In this document: positions 22,312 to 35,153 of the stretch, piece by piece
How positions within the stretch are numbered: the stretch's first letter is position 1
Layout: each line of letters begins with the position of its first letter
Source: Lama glama
Taxonomy: Eukaryota
DNA length: 64,000 nucleotides
NCBI GenBank assembly: GCA_028534125.1
Contig: CM052817.1
Coordinates: 6,636,001 to 6,700,000, forward strand
Direction: 5' to 3'
The notes under the pieces: model-generated
Database searches by the model: none
What the model was told of the DNA's origin: nothing
Seen by the model: only the letters and a program-made list of their open reading frames with translations
Program-made: the position numbers and the translations under genes

Positions 22312-23489
22312 GTTTCTGAGGCATCAGGCAAAGGGATGCAGAAATCCCCAGGCATTTTATCCGCAAGGGTCGTTCACATACTCGTAAGTCTACTCTGTAC
22401 ATGAAAAGAGAGCATGTAAGGAAAAACACCGAGCAGAACTGGAAGTGCATGGTTTTGTTATGACAATGATTGTGATCTTTGGCTGGTGCCGAAGGCCCTT
22501 GCTTCCGACCGAGAGAGGCACGTGGGCTGCTGGCTTCACACGACATTGGCAAGGACAAAACCCAAGGCAAGCTTCGGGAAGGCGGCCCAGCTTTCCTCTG
22601 TGAAAATAAGAGCTTCAGAAAGTATTGAGCAACTCAGGAAGGAAAAAAAAAAAAAAGAGAGAGAGAGAGTGAGTAAGAGACTGAGCTGAGCGGCTTTTCT
22701 TAGTAAAGTATTTCCTCTAATTGAAAAGCATATCACAGAAGCCAGGGCGATCAGGAAGCCCCCTGACTGGGGTCAGTCATGAGCCGATGCCCTCAAATTC
22801 TTCTCACTGCTGGGTCAGTGAGGGAGGGAAAGGCTTGCTGGGACCGGCCCCCTCCCTCTGGCGACCTGGAAGAAGGACAGAGAGGCTTCCCTGTAGGACA
22901 GCTCATCCCACTGGGCTCCTCGCAGTCACAGGTGGGGATTTACTCACTCACTCACTCATTCATTCACTCATTCAGTGAGAAATAGTGCCTCTGCACACAG
23001 TAGAGAACACCTTTATATCCTTTCTCCAAGTTCACCGGCTGGTGAATTCCCCGTGTGCCAGGCTTTAGAACACAGAGGTAAGCAAGGTTTCACAGGTTCA
23101 CCCATCTCTGAAATCCATCAGGGCAGCAGTAGCGTCCTCCCTGAGAAGCCTGCCTCAGCCTCCTAGTCCAGGTGAGACGCTCATCCAGGTGCTCCCTGCA
23201 GTGCCTGCGTTCACCAGCGCCATCACATCCCCTGCAGTGGGAGCTCCAGGAGGGTGGAGCCCGGGGCTCTGCTGTCCACAGCTCTGGTCCCAGAGAGCTC
23301 ACTATGACCCCCTGGCACTGGTGTGTAGTAAGCGTTCAATAAACAGTGGCTGGGAGAATTTAGCAGTACCGTCACAGCATCCAGTTCTTACCTATTCTTC
23401 CCTCCTCTACCCTCCCTGCCGGCTGTGAGCTCCAGAAAGGTGAAGCCCCGCCTCTTCCTTCCTGACCTCAAGGGAACTGTCCTTTCTAG

Positions 23490-23700
23490 CGAGGGGAAGT
23501 GAGCCTGGTCTGAATTCAAATCTGGGATCCTGCCACATCCTGCAGTGAGTATCCTGTTTTAATTTCCTCATATCTACACATGAAAATGAAGACACATTTC
23601 CACATCCAGAGCTTTTTAGAAAGTGTAGAAAGAATGCCTGTGACCTGCCGAGGACACGCTGTAGCAAATGATGGGCACACAGTAATTACTCACTATTAAT
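23490..23700 (+). mobile_element. MIR SINE
   Basis: CTGAATTCAAATCTGG..CCTGCCAC...TTTCCTCATATCT...GGGCACACAGTAA. Confidence 0.55.
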
Positions 23701-23759
23701 AGAAACTTCAATTTGTTTAAGCTTCTAAAGCTCATTGAATTGCTGAGAAAACAGTCTCT

Positions 23760-24600
23760 CTAGAGAACTTCTGCATACACGCCTGCCAGACTCACCAGTT
23801 TTTAGCATTTTGCCACGTTCGCTTCATCATCTTCTCTTTATATAAATAGATATACAAATATATACACACACATACATATATTATGCAGATATGTGTGTGC
23901 AAATTATGAATTCTAAAATGATGATTTGTTTTTCCGAACCATTTGAAAGCAGATCACATGCATTCTGCGGTTTTACTTATTACTATTTCAGTCTATAATT
24001 CCTAAGAACAAGAATGTTCTCTTAAATAACCACAATACTGTGACATTTAGGAAATGTGACATTATTACAATGCTTTCATCAAATTTACCTTCCAATGTCC
24101 CATATTTGTTAATTGTCTGGTTAGTATCCTTGAAGCCCTGTCCCCTTCAGTACAGGATCTGGTCCGTTTAGTGGCCATGTCTATTTAGCCTCCTTCAATC
24201 TGGAAGGTTTCTCAGTCCTTCCCACTTCTGTACGTTGACCTTTTTGAAGAATCCAGGCCAGTTGTCGGCTACTCTTCAGTGCACGTTTGTCCCATGTTTC
24301 CTGATGATTAGATTCAGGTTATTCATCAGTGGCAGCGTTTCCTCCTCAGTGCATCCCATCCAGAGGCTGCGGTCACCCCACCGCTGCTCATTGCTAAGGG
24401 TGATTTTGATCACACAGCCAGCATGTCATCTGTTTTCATCACTGAATAGTGACTGTCTTTCCCTTCTCAATGAATGACCCTTTGAGACCGTGCATGTATT
24501 CTCTTCCTCACCATGTTTCCCCCAGACGGGGCCTCTGTTGATGACTCTTGCCTAACTGACCCTCCGCAGGATGGCTCGGCAAGGGGACTGCGGTGCGCCA
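23760..24600 (-). mobile_element. Old L1 3' end (L1MC4/5-like)
   Basis: CATTTTGCCAC.TT.GCTT, GAACCATTTGA.AG, TTCCTAAGAACAAG.A..TTCTCTTA.ATAACCACAATAC, TTTTTGAAGA.T.CAGGCCAGTTGT. Confidence 0.8.
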
Positions 24601-24879
24601 CCACCCTCCCCGTTTTTATCACAGGCTTTCCGCTATAAGAGAGAATGGTCTGAGTAGGCAAGGTGGCGCATCTAAAGACACTTATCCTATTGTCAGAAGG
24701 AAATGGGAGCCTGGGGTGCTGGTAAGAGATGAGGCTGGAGATGAAGGTTTGTATGTTAACCCTCGGAGAAGCCCTGAGAAAGTGTGGGAACAAAGAGAGG
24801 AATGAGGCCGAGGAAACGTGGGGCGTTCTGCGTGAGAAACAACGAAGATGCAGTTGCAGGAGGCTCAGTGGTGCAGAGA

Positions 24880-25080
24880 AACTGAGCAGGAGCTGCGGGT
24901 CCCACTCAGGCCACAGTTAAATGGTTGCGGAAAGTCCCTCTACCCTTGACTCCGCTTGTTCTTCCATTAAACGGTGACCATCCTCCTGATCTCATAGCGT
25001 GTTCCTGTGTTTTAGACAGACTTTGGATCCAGAGTGCCAAGCACACTGCTTAACATCATGTGTGTGCTCACTAAATGCCC
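24880..25080 (+). mobile_element. MIR fragment
   Basis: TCTCATAG.GTGTT..TGTG, AAGCAC.CTGCTTA.CA, GTGCTCACTAAATG. Confidence 0.45.
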
Positions 25081-25439
25081 CTTCCCTTCTTCTTCCCTTT
25101 GTGTTGTTCAGACATTGCCATGGAAACACGTCTCCGCTTACATTGATGTCCCTTTAAAAAGTTTGCAATTGCTTTAAAAGCTTGTTTTTTTTTTTCAAAT
25201 CTAAAATGAGAAATTCTACATTTAATAACATATCATATTTCCTGCTAACAGTAAATTCAATGCAGGGCCCAGGCCACCTCTGAACTCAACTCGAAAGTCT
25301 CAAGAGATGCTTACACTTCAAAATTGTTTTAATTATTTTTGGTAAATTAAATATACCAAACTAATTATTTTGCATGATGATAATGATATCACCGTTTTGT
25401 TATCATCAATAAAATACGTTACGAATAATTACTACTTTT

Positions 25440-25660
25440 AAAGGTGGATAGGTAGTATTTGCCAGGCCCTTTTCCAGAAGCTTTAGAGGATTATTTCTAA
25501 TCCTCACAGCTGCCTTGTCAATATTCTTTCCGTTTTACAGATGACGACACTGAAACTCAGAGTGTACGTGTGATCTGCTGAAGGTCTTATTGTTGGAAAG
25601 GGGTAGGCCAGGCAGTAAATATACTCTGTCTCCAGAATGTATACACTTTGCAGTCCAGAT
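25440..25660 (-). mobile_element. MIR SINE
   Basis: TAATCCTCACAG, CCGTTTTACAGATGA.GA.ACTGA.ACTCAGAG. Confidence 0.7.
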
Positions 25661-25759
25661 TACTTCCAGACAATGATTTGAAAACATCACGTTCTCCATC
25701 TGCTTCTTCTGAACTGGGCTTAGCATAGACGCAGATGTAATCAATTATCTAACTGATCC

Positions 25760-26144
25760 AGAGGCGGTTATTCCCTGACAAACGTCCTGTGCTCCCCCTT
25801 CATTTCCCACTTGCTCTGGCAATTAGGTTGAGGCCAAGGGACTCCTTTGTCCAAAGAATCTGAAACAGAATGATACACGTTACTTCCATGGAGAGGCAGG
25901 TATAAGGTGTGTTTCTTCTCCCTTTTCCTCCCTGTGCTGAGGAGACCCTAAAAACGGCATGTTACGGTGGCTCTATTATAGATGAAGAGAGCATGTATCC
26001 CTGAATCGCTGGATGAAGGAGCATCCCAGACAAGCCGCATTAGACTTTGCATGGGGAAGAAACCAACTTCTGCTCTGCTGAACCACTGTGATCACAAAGT
26101 TTACTTGTTACTGAAGCACAGCCTCGCCTACCCTGACTGACACA
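25760..26144 (+). mobile_element. Old ERVL/MaLR LTR (MLT1J-like)
   Basis: CATTTCCCA...TTAGGTTG, TCCCTGAATC.CTGGATG, TTGTTACTG.AGCA.AGCCT.GCCTA.CCTGACTGACACA end. Confidence 0.65.
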
Positions 26145-27614
26145 CTAGGGATTCCGTTTTGGTGGCTAGTTACCATGGGAGACATAAGAACCTTATTGTT
26201 TTGGGTGCCAAGGGAACTAGAGGACTCCCCTTACTATCTTCAAGATAAAAATTGAATGACATAGCCTTTATATCCTTTTTAAAGGCAATCATGGTCGTCT
26301 TCTTTTGAACAGGGGGTGAAGGTTTAAAGAAAAACATATAGAGGTTTAAAGAAAAAGGCATGGGTATCATTTTTTTTGAGATTAAATTCAGCTGAGTAGA
26401 AAAAAAAAAGAATCCTCTCCTCCAACCCAGAATGCTAGAAGAAGACAACTGCCAGAAGAGGCAGGTGCATACTTGGGAGAGCACGTTTGAAATTTTGTTC
26501 CCTTCAAAAGCATCTGCAAACATCAGAATCTAAAAGAAAGGAATCACAACTAATGAGACGCTGCCTGATTAGAGAAAATCATTTTTAAAATCACCGTGGG
26601 TTTTCACTTTTGTGCCAGAAGGCTGAACTTTGTCTGAATCTTATTAATAAGAGAGTGATGCCAAGATAACTAGGATGGATAAGGGATAAATACAGTTTGA
26701 CTTGGTTCAGCTACAAACATCACATGTTCTGAAAGATTATTATGAGTGACTTTCAAATTTGTGTAACTCTTTCATAAAGTAGGTTTTTGTTGGACTATAA
26801 AAATATTTTTCAATTTCCCTGGATGAGAAATGGCAAAAGAGGTTAATTAAAAGTCAACTGAAGACTACTTAGGCACTTAAATGTGTAATTTCTTGAGCTT
26901 TGAACTTAAATAGCTCAGACTGTAAAAGAGCTGACTATCATGATTCACGCCTTTACTCTTTAAACATTGTTTCATATTTCCTTGGTTCGATTTAAAATCC
27001 TATCCTAAAAGTTTGCAGAATCCTAGGTTTTTAATAAGCACGTCCTCATTTAGATGAATGAATGAATCTAAGTTTGCAAGCAAAGAGATGACTAACTTCA
27101 AGAGAATCTCTACGGAACCCCAGAACACTAACTGCAGGTTTCTACAAAGCTTTTTCACTCATGCTTTCTCTCCAGCCTATCTGCCCTCCACCCCCACCAC
27201 CTTCCCTGGCCCTGGGTGGGATTACCCAACTGGTACCCATCTGTCAGAATCCTACTCATGGTTCAAGATCTGGTTCAAACTGTTATTGCTCCGGGATGCC
27301 TTTCTGACTGTGATGGTCTCTTTTTCTCTTGATTTTCTATTACTTTTTGGATGAATCACTTGTCACCTCACAAAGTTTGCATTGTCTTGCTAATTGTCTT
27401 TTAATACTTACATGCCTTATCTCTGCACCTACACTGGAGATTTCCTGGGATCGGCCCGTCTACCCAGTGCTCTGTAGGGCAGCCCTAGCTGGGCCTTGAT
27501 AGTGGAAGGAATTGCCAAGGCTCCCATGTGGCGCCTACAGTCAGGATCTGCGTTTGGCTCAGTCTCTACTAGTAAGTTACTCTTTTCATAAAAAGGAGGA
27601 AGACTATTGCGAAT

Positions 27615-27826
27615 GTTAACTAGTATGTATACAATACATGAACAGCAAGTTCACACTGTATAGGGAACTATAGTCAATATCTTGTAGTAACCAATAATGA
27701 AAAAGAATATGAAGAGGAGTACGTGTATGTACATGGATGCCCGAAGCACTATGCTGCACACCAGAAACTGACACACTGTAAACTGACTATACTTCAATTA
27801 AAAAAAAAAGAAAAAGAAAAAGAGAA
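27615..27826 (+). mobile_element. Young L1 3' end with A-rich tail
   Basis: AGGGAACTATAGTCAATATCTTGTAGTAACC...CACCAGAAACTGACAC.CTGTAAACTGACTATACTTCAATT followed by poly(A). Confidence 0.9.
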
Positions 27827-29139
27827 GGCATGATACGCATGAATATGTAAGAATCTCCGACAGAAGGTCAGTATACAAAGTGCAAGGCAGCTGTGGGCTC
27901 TTGTGACTGAGTGAGACAGAAAATTCCAGAACCTGGATAACAGAGAATTCTAGGCAGGGTTTAAAAGTCATCAGGAGGTATTTTCAGAGTGTACTGTAGA
28001 AAAATAATCAAATCTTGTTTATTAATATTTAATGTTAACTTTGAACATATGTTAAAGGAAGATTAAGAATTTTCTGCCATCACTAATAGAGTCTGAGAAA
28101 CTGTGCTCATTATGGCCAAGCCAGTTGTGTGATATGGCAGGTAAGCCTTGTGTTACCTTTAAGAGCACCTTTCAGAATGTTTAAGACTTTGAGGCCTTCA
28201 GCGACTCTCCAGGCTTCAAGCCATCATACGTATTTCCCGCCCGCCTGGAAGCACCCTTCACTTTACCAGGATAGCTTCTCTGCCAAGAATTTTCTTGTTT
28301 TATTTTGCTTTGTGTGTTAATCTTTCCCAGGATAACTTCACACCTCTCCTTAAGCCTCCCCTCTTCTGAGAAGCAAAGAATTATCTTCTCCCATCTTCCT
28401 TCCTCACCCCCAGTTAAGTTAGTTGCTTCTGTCATATGCGTTCTTCCACCTGCTAACGCTTTCCTGCTGTAATTTCTTATATGCTCACCCCTCTTTCTTG
28501 CCAGAGTAAAGCTCTGTGAGGGCAGAAACCAAGCCTGTCTTCTTCGCTGCCGAATCCTTCTTCCCTTGAACAGTGCCTTGATAGATTAGGCACTCCGAAA
28601 ACGTTTGTTGCCAAAAAAAGGACACCTTCCTCAAACTTCGGGAGAGAAAGGAAGAAATCCAGGCAAAGAAAACTACAGTCTTGTCTTCCAGTTGTATCTG
28701 GCTAGAGCTGACCACATTATTGAAGAAGAGATTGACGTTTCCATTAGAAATCTACTGTGCAGTATTTATAGCATAACGCATTGATCAGAAAGATAGTAAA
28801 CAATTTAGAGTTCTCATTTTGTGGGTGAATTGTATTCACTTTCAACTACATGGGGTGTGTTATCCTAAAGCTTCCCGTTAAAGAATCTGAACAAATCGTT
28901 TTATAGAGCTATGTCTAGATTCTGCGGCTCCCACCTGATTATTGCTGCCTATTTTTGTCCCCAGAATGCAGACTACGTTTAAGTGTCCACCTTAGACAAA
29001 GGCAGCCATGACTAAGAATTGTTAGTAGCACAAACTCATAGTTGCTGATCACTTATTATGTCAGTCACCATATTAAGTTATTGTCATCAGTTACTGAAGA
29101 CTTCAACCCCCGTATGAAGTCAGTACTATTATTATCCCA

Positions 29140-29690
29140 ATTCATTAATCTATTCACCAGACACGTGTTGAGTTCCTGCCCCATACAAGGCATTGAAATA
29201 AGCATCAGGGAATACAGTAGGGATTAAAGTAGGTGTAAATTTTTGCCTTCTTGAAACATGCACCCTAGTGGAGCAGAAGATAGAAATAAGACAAAAATCA
29301 ATTGTGTTAAATGTTGAATGTCATAAGTAAGCGTAGCAAGGGAGGGAAAAGGGGGTGCTGGGCTCTGCATTTGCATGGAGCGCTCAGAGAAGGCTTCACT
29401 GATAAGGGACATGTGAGCAGAAATGGGAAGGAGGAGGAGAGGGAGGCATTCAGATATCCGGGGAAGAACACTTCAGGCAAATGGAAGAGCACGCACAGAA
29501 TCCCGAGGTAGGAGCAGGTGGAATATCTGGGGCCAGGAATGAAGGCGGCGTAGCTAGAATATAAGAAGTGAATGAACAAGGCGGCAACTGTGAAGGAGGG
29601 ACCGGTTGCCTGGGGTCTCACGGGTTATTTGAAGGACTGAGGATTCATTCTGAGTGACAGAATGTGTTGTTGGGGGTTTTGAGCTGGCTA
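29140..29690 (-). mobile_element. L2a fragment (a MIR fragment lies just upstream at ~29020-29140)
   Basis: TTCATT..TCTATTCA, CAGAGAAGGCTTCACTGA.AAGG.GACAT.TGAGCAGA, GGAAGAACACTTCAGGCA, GGATT.ATTCTGAGTG. Confidence 0.75.
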
Positions 29691-29921
29691 ACAGCTTGGC
29701 CCGTCGGAGGTCCCCAGCTGCTGCTCTTCAGCTGCGAGGCTTCTTCAAGCCGCCCTGCTTTCTCACGCCTCTTGGCTCCTCCCAAGCTGCCCTTCCTCTT
29801 GGAATTGCTGCCTTTCTCCGGGGTTCAGATGAAGCACTCTCTTCTTCAGAAACCTTTCCTCTGCCACCTCCTGCTAGTCTCATCTAGACGTCCCTTCTCT
29901 GTGTTCCTGCTCACACCATAG

Positions 29922-30180
29922 TAGTGTTTTTCAAAGATACTTGATGCAAGGAAGAGACGCATTTTACTTCGTGACTTGGTACACAAACCTCCACATTCAC
30001 AGCCTCCAACACAATTGAAACACACTTGTTTCACCGGATGCTTGCATCTTTGCTGCTGTGCAACACGCACTGGTATATTCTGGCCTGTTTTATTTCTTTT
30101 TGTTAAAATGCTGTCTGCAGCCTACCAAACTGATTTAATGACCTGCCGATGGGTCTCAACATACAGCATGAAAAACACTG
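29922..30180. mobile_element. hAT-Charlie-type non-autonomous element
   Basis: Terminal inverted repeats TAGTGTTTTTCA (29922) and TGAAAAACACTG (30180); subterminal TGATTT..TGACC...ATGGGTC. Confidence 0.55.
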
Positions 30181-30847
30181 CCCTCTACGGACCCTCATTA
30201 ACACACTCGGCTCACAATACTGACATCATTAGTGCACTTGTCTGTTTCCCCTGGCAGGCAGTAAACTCTGAGGGTAGAGAGCATATCTTATTCTTACTTT
30301 TTCTTCTATTTTAGCACCAGTAAATGTCTGAGGAATGAATAAGTGAGTGCGTGCATGCTCTGAAGTCTTGACAGCTGTCTACTTGGAGTTTGAAAAGGTA
30401 ACCAAGTTCCCAGGACATTGAAATGTTTACATTAGACTTCATGGAAGTTTCTCCCTTGCCCAATGGCTGTACGCCTCCATTGTGCCTTGGATGCCAATGG
30501 TAAGGTCAGCCCAGGAGTCTTACTGCTCTGGAAAGTTCTCTTTTCCCACTTCATGTGTGTTGTCAGGACAGGAGCTACCACGATCATACAGAGCTATTTG
30601 TCTGGCCTTAGATGACGGCCCAAGGGTGGGCACCCAATAGGAGGTGAGCTGTTTTCTAAGTCTGGACCAGAAGGAATGTGAGTCAGTCTGTCCCCAGAGA
30701 CTGGGAGACATGTTTCCTGCTACACGGAGCAAGCCCATCTGTAGCAAGAGAGTGAGGGTGATGCAGGGACTATAGGCACAAGCAGGAGTAGGGACTGAGA
30801 AAGAGGACACATTGTAGCAGCGTCCTGAGCCCCTGGTTCCAGTTGGT

Positions 30848-31129
30848 ATATATATACACACAATGGAATACTACTCAGCCACAAAAAAGAATAAAATAAT
30901 GCCATTTGCAGCAACGTGGATGGACCTGGAAATCGCCATTCTAAGTGAAGTAAGCCAGAAAGAGAAAGAAAAAATACCGTATGATATCACTTCTATGTGG
31001 GATCTAAAAAAAAAGACATATGAACTTATTTACAAAACAGAAGCAGACTCACAGACATAGAGAACAGACTCATGGGTACCAGGGGGTAAAGAGGGTAGGA
31101 AGGGATAAACTGGGAGTTTGAAGTTTGCA
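30848..31129 (+). mobile_element. Young L1 fragment: ORF2 C-terminus and partial 3'UTR
   Basis: Encodes MEYYSATKKNKIMPFAATWMDLEIAILSEVSQKEK, the L1 ORF2 C-terminal motif; similar to 51405-51610. Confidence 0.95.
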
Positions 31130-31134
31130 TCCCT

Positions 31135-31282
31135 AGGGAATGATGGAAATGTTACGTATCGTGATTGTGGCGGTGGTTTCATAGGTGTGTACATCTATCA
31201 AAATTCATCACATTGTACGTCTGGAATATGCATGGCTTACTGTAAAGAAATTACACCTCAACAAAGTTGTTTAAAAGAAAAC
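31135..31282 (+). mobile_element. Old L1 (L1MB/MC-like) 3' terminus
   Basis: TGATGGAAATGTT..GTATC.TGATTGTGG.GGTGGTT.CATAGGTGT.TACAT...AATTACACCTCAACAAAGTTG. Confidence 0.85.
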
Positions 31283-33019
31283 AATGGGCCCTATGTTTCT
31301 CCCATTAAGTCATTTAACCCTGTGTTCAAATGCCTCAATATTTGGTGGACACCAAATTCCCCTTTTACTTTTGCCAATTTGATGTGGGTTTCCGTCACTG
31401 GGAAACAGAATTCCCAGATCACACATATGACTTGTCAGATTCCCAGACGAGCATCTGGTCAGGTGCACAGTGACTGGTGGTTGTGACTAAGACTCTTTTC
31501 CAGACACCACCATCACCCCAAGTCAACCAGGAAGGCAGCCACGGAATGTTTTGCTTGGGAGGACAAAGATTCTTCAGTTTAGACCAAGAGACACAGCCAC
31601 GTTGCTCTGGAAAGTAAAGGAGGAGGGTTTTTTCTCCCCACTTATACACTAGAAGAGCTTGGAGAAATCATTTTACACAATGCATGATGGTGTTTTGTTC
31701 CTCGATATTTTCATCGATAAAATCAACACAGTTCTAAGTTTTCTTTTGCAGATTTAAAAAGATCCCAAATGTGAAGAATATAGCTCATTTTTGACAAAAA
31801 GTAACACTCAGTATCAGTCTTTTGACCCCTCCTTTTCTTGTAAAAGTCATGAGGTAGCCTTCTAATTTTTCAGTCATGCTCCTTTTTAAGAGTTAATTGT
31901 CTTTGGTAAAGCAGAGATGTCCTATGACCCAACTGTTACTTTTTCTTTAGTTTTCTAGTCTCTTCTCATTTGCTGAATTGCTCAGACTTCCCATGATTTG
32001 AATGTTTGGTCTGAGTCATAAATAGTGGTGATGACACCACATCAAATAAAGATGGTTTCATTTTTTAGAGCCGTCCTGGAAATGACTTGCTAATGGCCCA
32101 ACGTGGCGCTAGGCAACACGCATTTCCCTGGATAGAGCAACTTCCCCCATCGACAATTACTGCCTTAGCAAAATTGCTTGTCCCTCTTTCCCAGATGGAT
32201 AATGAAGCAGCTTGTCTCTTCAGAGCCTGATGCTGAATTGTCAGGAAAAACTGAGTTTCGGAACCTGCGAGAATCTCGCAGCGGCCAGCATCTCACCGCG
32301 GGAGGCAGCCAGTGTGGCTGCCAGATTTGACTCCTCACTTGCGTGTGCTTGCCTGGGAACTTCAGGATCCTACCTTTGAGCCCTGGGGTGGCCTGTGTCA
32401 TTGCAGCCCGTCGGGCCGAGGTGGCTTGGTGCTGGGACAGTGTCCTGAAGCCTGGGCACGCTGGCACAAAGCCCTGTCTGCATCCTGGCCCAGAAAAAAG
32501 CAGCGGGTGGAAAACATGGCGGTGCTGGTAGTTCCATGTCTTTCTCCTGTGTCTGAAGAGCCCCAGCACCTGGAAAAACAGTGCATAGAATTGTAGGTCA
32601 ATGAAGACAGAGAACCGCAGAAGAAGTTGAATATAATCTAGACCCGGGTTCTCAATGGGCAGAGGTGGGGCTGGGGTAGATTGGGAGAATGAAGATGGGT
32701 CAAAATCTCCTGTGGATTTTGGCCATATTATCCAAGACCCTCTGCTTTGAATTCTGGCATTCAAGGAGGCTGTCAGGATTAATTTCTCCCTGGTTGTTCC
32801 ATTTGCAATTAAACGGATCTCCCAGATGACTTCAGTATCATTACCTCTCTCAGAAACGTAACTTTCCCCCAGCCCATTCCTCCCTGGAAACCCCCTTTAC
32901 TGTCATGGCCATGGATTCAATTACAGTGTTCTTACATTACATAGGAGAGAAAACTGGGTGCTGGTGGAGTTGGCCCTGGAATTTGGTGCTCGGGCCTCTT
33001 GATTAGTTTTTTGATTGAT

Positions 33020-33182
33020 TTTTAGTTTTTTATTTTTGAAGTATAGTCACTTTACAATGTTGTGTCAGTTTCTGGTGTACAGCACAATGCTTCAGTCACA
33101 CATGAATATGCATATATTCATTTTCATATTCCCTGATACTGTAAGCTACTACAAGATATGGAGTATAGTTCCCTGTGCTATA
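33020..33182 (-). mobile_element. Young L1 3' end
   Basis: TTGAAGTATAGTCACTTTACAATGTTGTGTCAGTTTCTGGTGTACAGC...TAGTTCCCTGTGCTATA. Confidence 0.9.
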
Positions 33183-33493
33183 AGCTTTCTTTTCAATATT
33201 ATGCCAACCCTCTCAGACTCAGAACCCTCTACCCCACCCCACCTCACAATCTCCTTGTGCCCCAAGAAGAGACCATACTCCCCTTGCAATCAATGCCACG
33301 GCTACGGAGAAGACGGCTTTGAGATCACTTAGCTCGTTCACCTCCTGCTTTTCTGCAGACTCTGACTCAAGACTCAAAGGAGGAAAGTGGGGTCCTTAAG
33401 ATGAACAAGCCTGTCAGTGAAAGAAGGAGGCCTAGCGCTTACGTTGATGGAACGCAGTTTGCTTTGCTTTGTCTGATCATGTTCATCACTTCT

Positions 33494-34270
33494 TTTTGTT
33501 TTTTATTAAGTATAGTTGACTTACAATGCTGTTACAGCATGGTGTTTCAGTTACACATATATGTGTATTCTTTTTCATATTCTCTTCACTATAGGTTATT
33601 GCAAGTTATTGAATATAGTTCCCTGTGCTGTACAGCAGGGTCTTGTTGGTTATCTATTTTACGTATAATAGTCTGTATTGGTTAATCCCAAACTCCAAAT
33701 TCATTCCTCCCCCAATATCCCCTTTGGTAACTGTAAATTTGTTTTCTATGTCTGTGACTCTATTTCTATTTTGTAAATAAGTTCATTTGCCTCATTTTTT
33801 TTAGATTCCACATATAAGTGATATTATATGACATTTGTGTTTCTCTGACTGACTTACTTCACTTAGTATGATGATCTCTAGGTCCATCCATGTTGCTGCA
33901 AATGGCATTAATTTTGTTGGCTGAGTGGTATTCCATTGTATACATATATCACAATTTCTTTATCCAGTCATCTGTCCATGGACTTTTAGGTTATTTCCAT
34001 GTCTTGGCTATTTAAGTAGTGATGTTATGAACATTGGGGTGCATGTATCTTTTCAAATTGGAGTTCTCTCCAGATATATGCTAAGGAGTGGGATTGCTGG
34101 ATCATAGGGTAAGTCTACTTTTAGTTTTTAAGGAATCTCCATACTGTTTTCCACAGTGGCTGCCCCAAACTACATTCCCACCAACAGTGTAGGAGGGTTC
34201 CCTTTTCCCCACACCCTCTCCAGCATTTATCGTTTGTGAACTTTTGAATGATGGCCATTCTGACTGGTGT
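33494..34270 (-). mobile_element. Young L1, ~780 bp of 3' end including the ORF2 end
   Basis: AGGTCCATCCATGTTGCTGCAAATGGCA, GGAGTGGGATTGCTGGATCATA, CATTCCCACCAACAGTGTAGGAGGGTTCCC; possible decayed TSD TTCATCACTTCT / TTCATTACTGCT. Confidence 0.95.
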
Positions 34271-34711
34271 GACATTCATTACTGCTGTCAGGTATCTTTT
34301 TGTGATGTGATCAATATTAATTTAAAAACGACATACGGATTTGCGGCACAGATCAACACACTGTATTGTCATCTCAACATCATGCGTGTCCAGGGTGAAA
34401 AAGGAAAGATCCCTCCTTTCAAGGATCCTACATACAGGCACAGAGGTTGGAGGACGTGTACTACGGCAAAGCTACTCAAGAGTGCAGTCAGCTATGGTAG
34501 TGTTGTTCATGCAGAATTAAAAAAAAAAAAAAAGAACAACCACATTAAAAAGCTGCAGCAACCAGTGTTGATACGGAAACACTGTGGACTTTTCCCTGAT
34601 ACTCGTTCTGCGCGATGACAGCGTCTCTGTTTTCCTCTGGGGAGTCATCCCTCCCGTCTCATCCACGTGATCTGAGCACATCAGGAGGAAGGACTGTGAC
34701 CCAAGACTCGC

Positions 34712-35153
34712 GTGTTCGATTTCTTGGTGCAACTGTAACAAATTACCACAAGCTTAGAGAATTATAATTCTGGAGGTCAGAAGTCCAAAATGGTTCTCGT
34801 GGGGCTAAAATCATGGTGTCGGCAGGCAAGGCTGACTCCTTGCAGAGGCTCCAGGAAAAGAACACGTTCTCTGTCACCTCCAGCTTGCACTTCCTGCTGG
34901 CATTCCTTGGCTTGTGGTTACTTTGATCACCGATTCCATCATCGCATTGCCTGACGTCTGACCCCTCTGCCTCCCTCTTATAAGAGCCCTTGTGATTACC
35001 TCGGGTGCACCCCGATCATCCACGATAATCTTTTCATCTCAAGATCCTTAACTAAACCACATCTGAAAGGTCTCTTTTGTCATGGAAGTTATGATAGTCA
35101 TAGTTTCCTGGGACTATTGAACATCTTTGGGGCGCTGTTAACTAGCCTACCAC
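34712..35153 (-). mobile_element. MaLR solo LTR (MLT1C/D-like)
   Basis: TGTAACAAATTACCACAA, TTCTGGAGGTCAGAAGTCCAAAAT, CTGCCTCCCTCTTATAAG..CCCTTGTGATTAC, CATCTCAAGATCCTTAA, CCTACCACA end. Confidence 0.9.

Noticed and set aside
30863..31060. ORF with a recognisable protein motif (MEYYSA...FAATWMDLE)
   Set aside because: It is the C-terminus of L1 ORF2 in a truncated copy, not a host gene
31751..31800. Acceptor TTTTCTTTTGCAG followed by a possible short exon
   Set aside because: Weak donor (GTAACA) and stops in all three frames
32165..32764. 199-aa minus-strand ORF
   Set aside because: No recognisable domain and a random-like composition; this length is plausible by chance in GC-richer DNA
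34290..34533. Unique sequence ending in an A run, possible retrocopy
   Set aside because: No clear TSD or canonical upstream polyadenylation signal, and no recognisable parent gene
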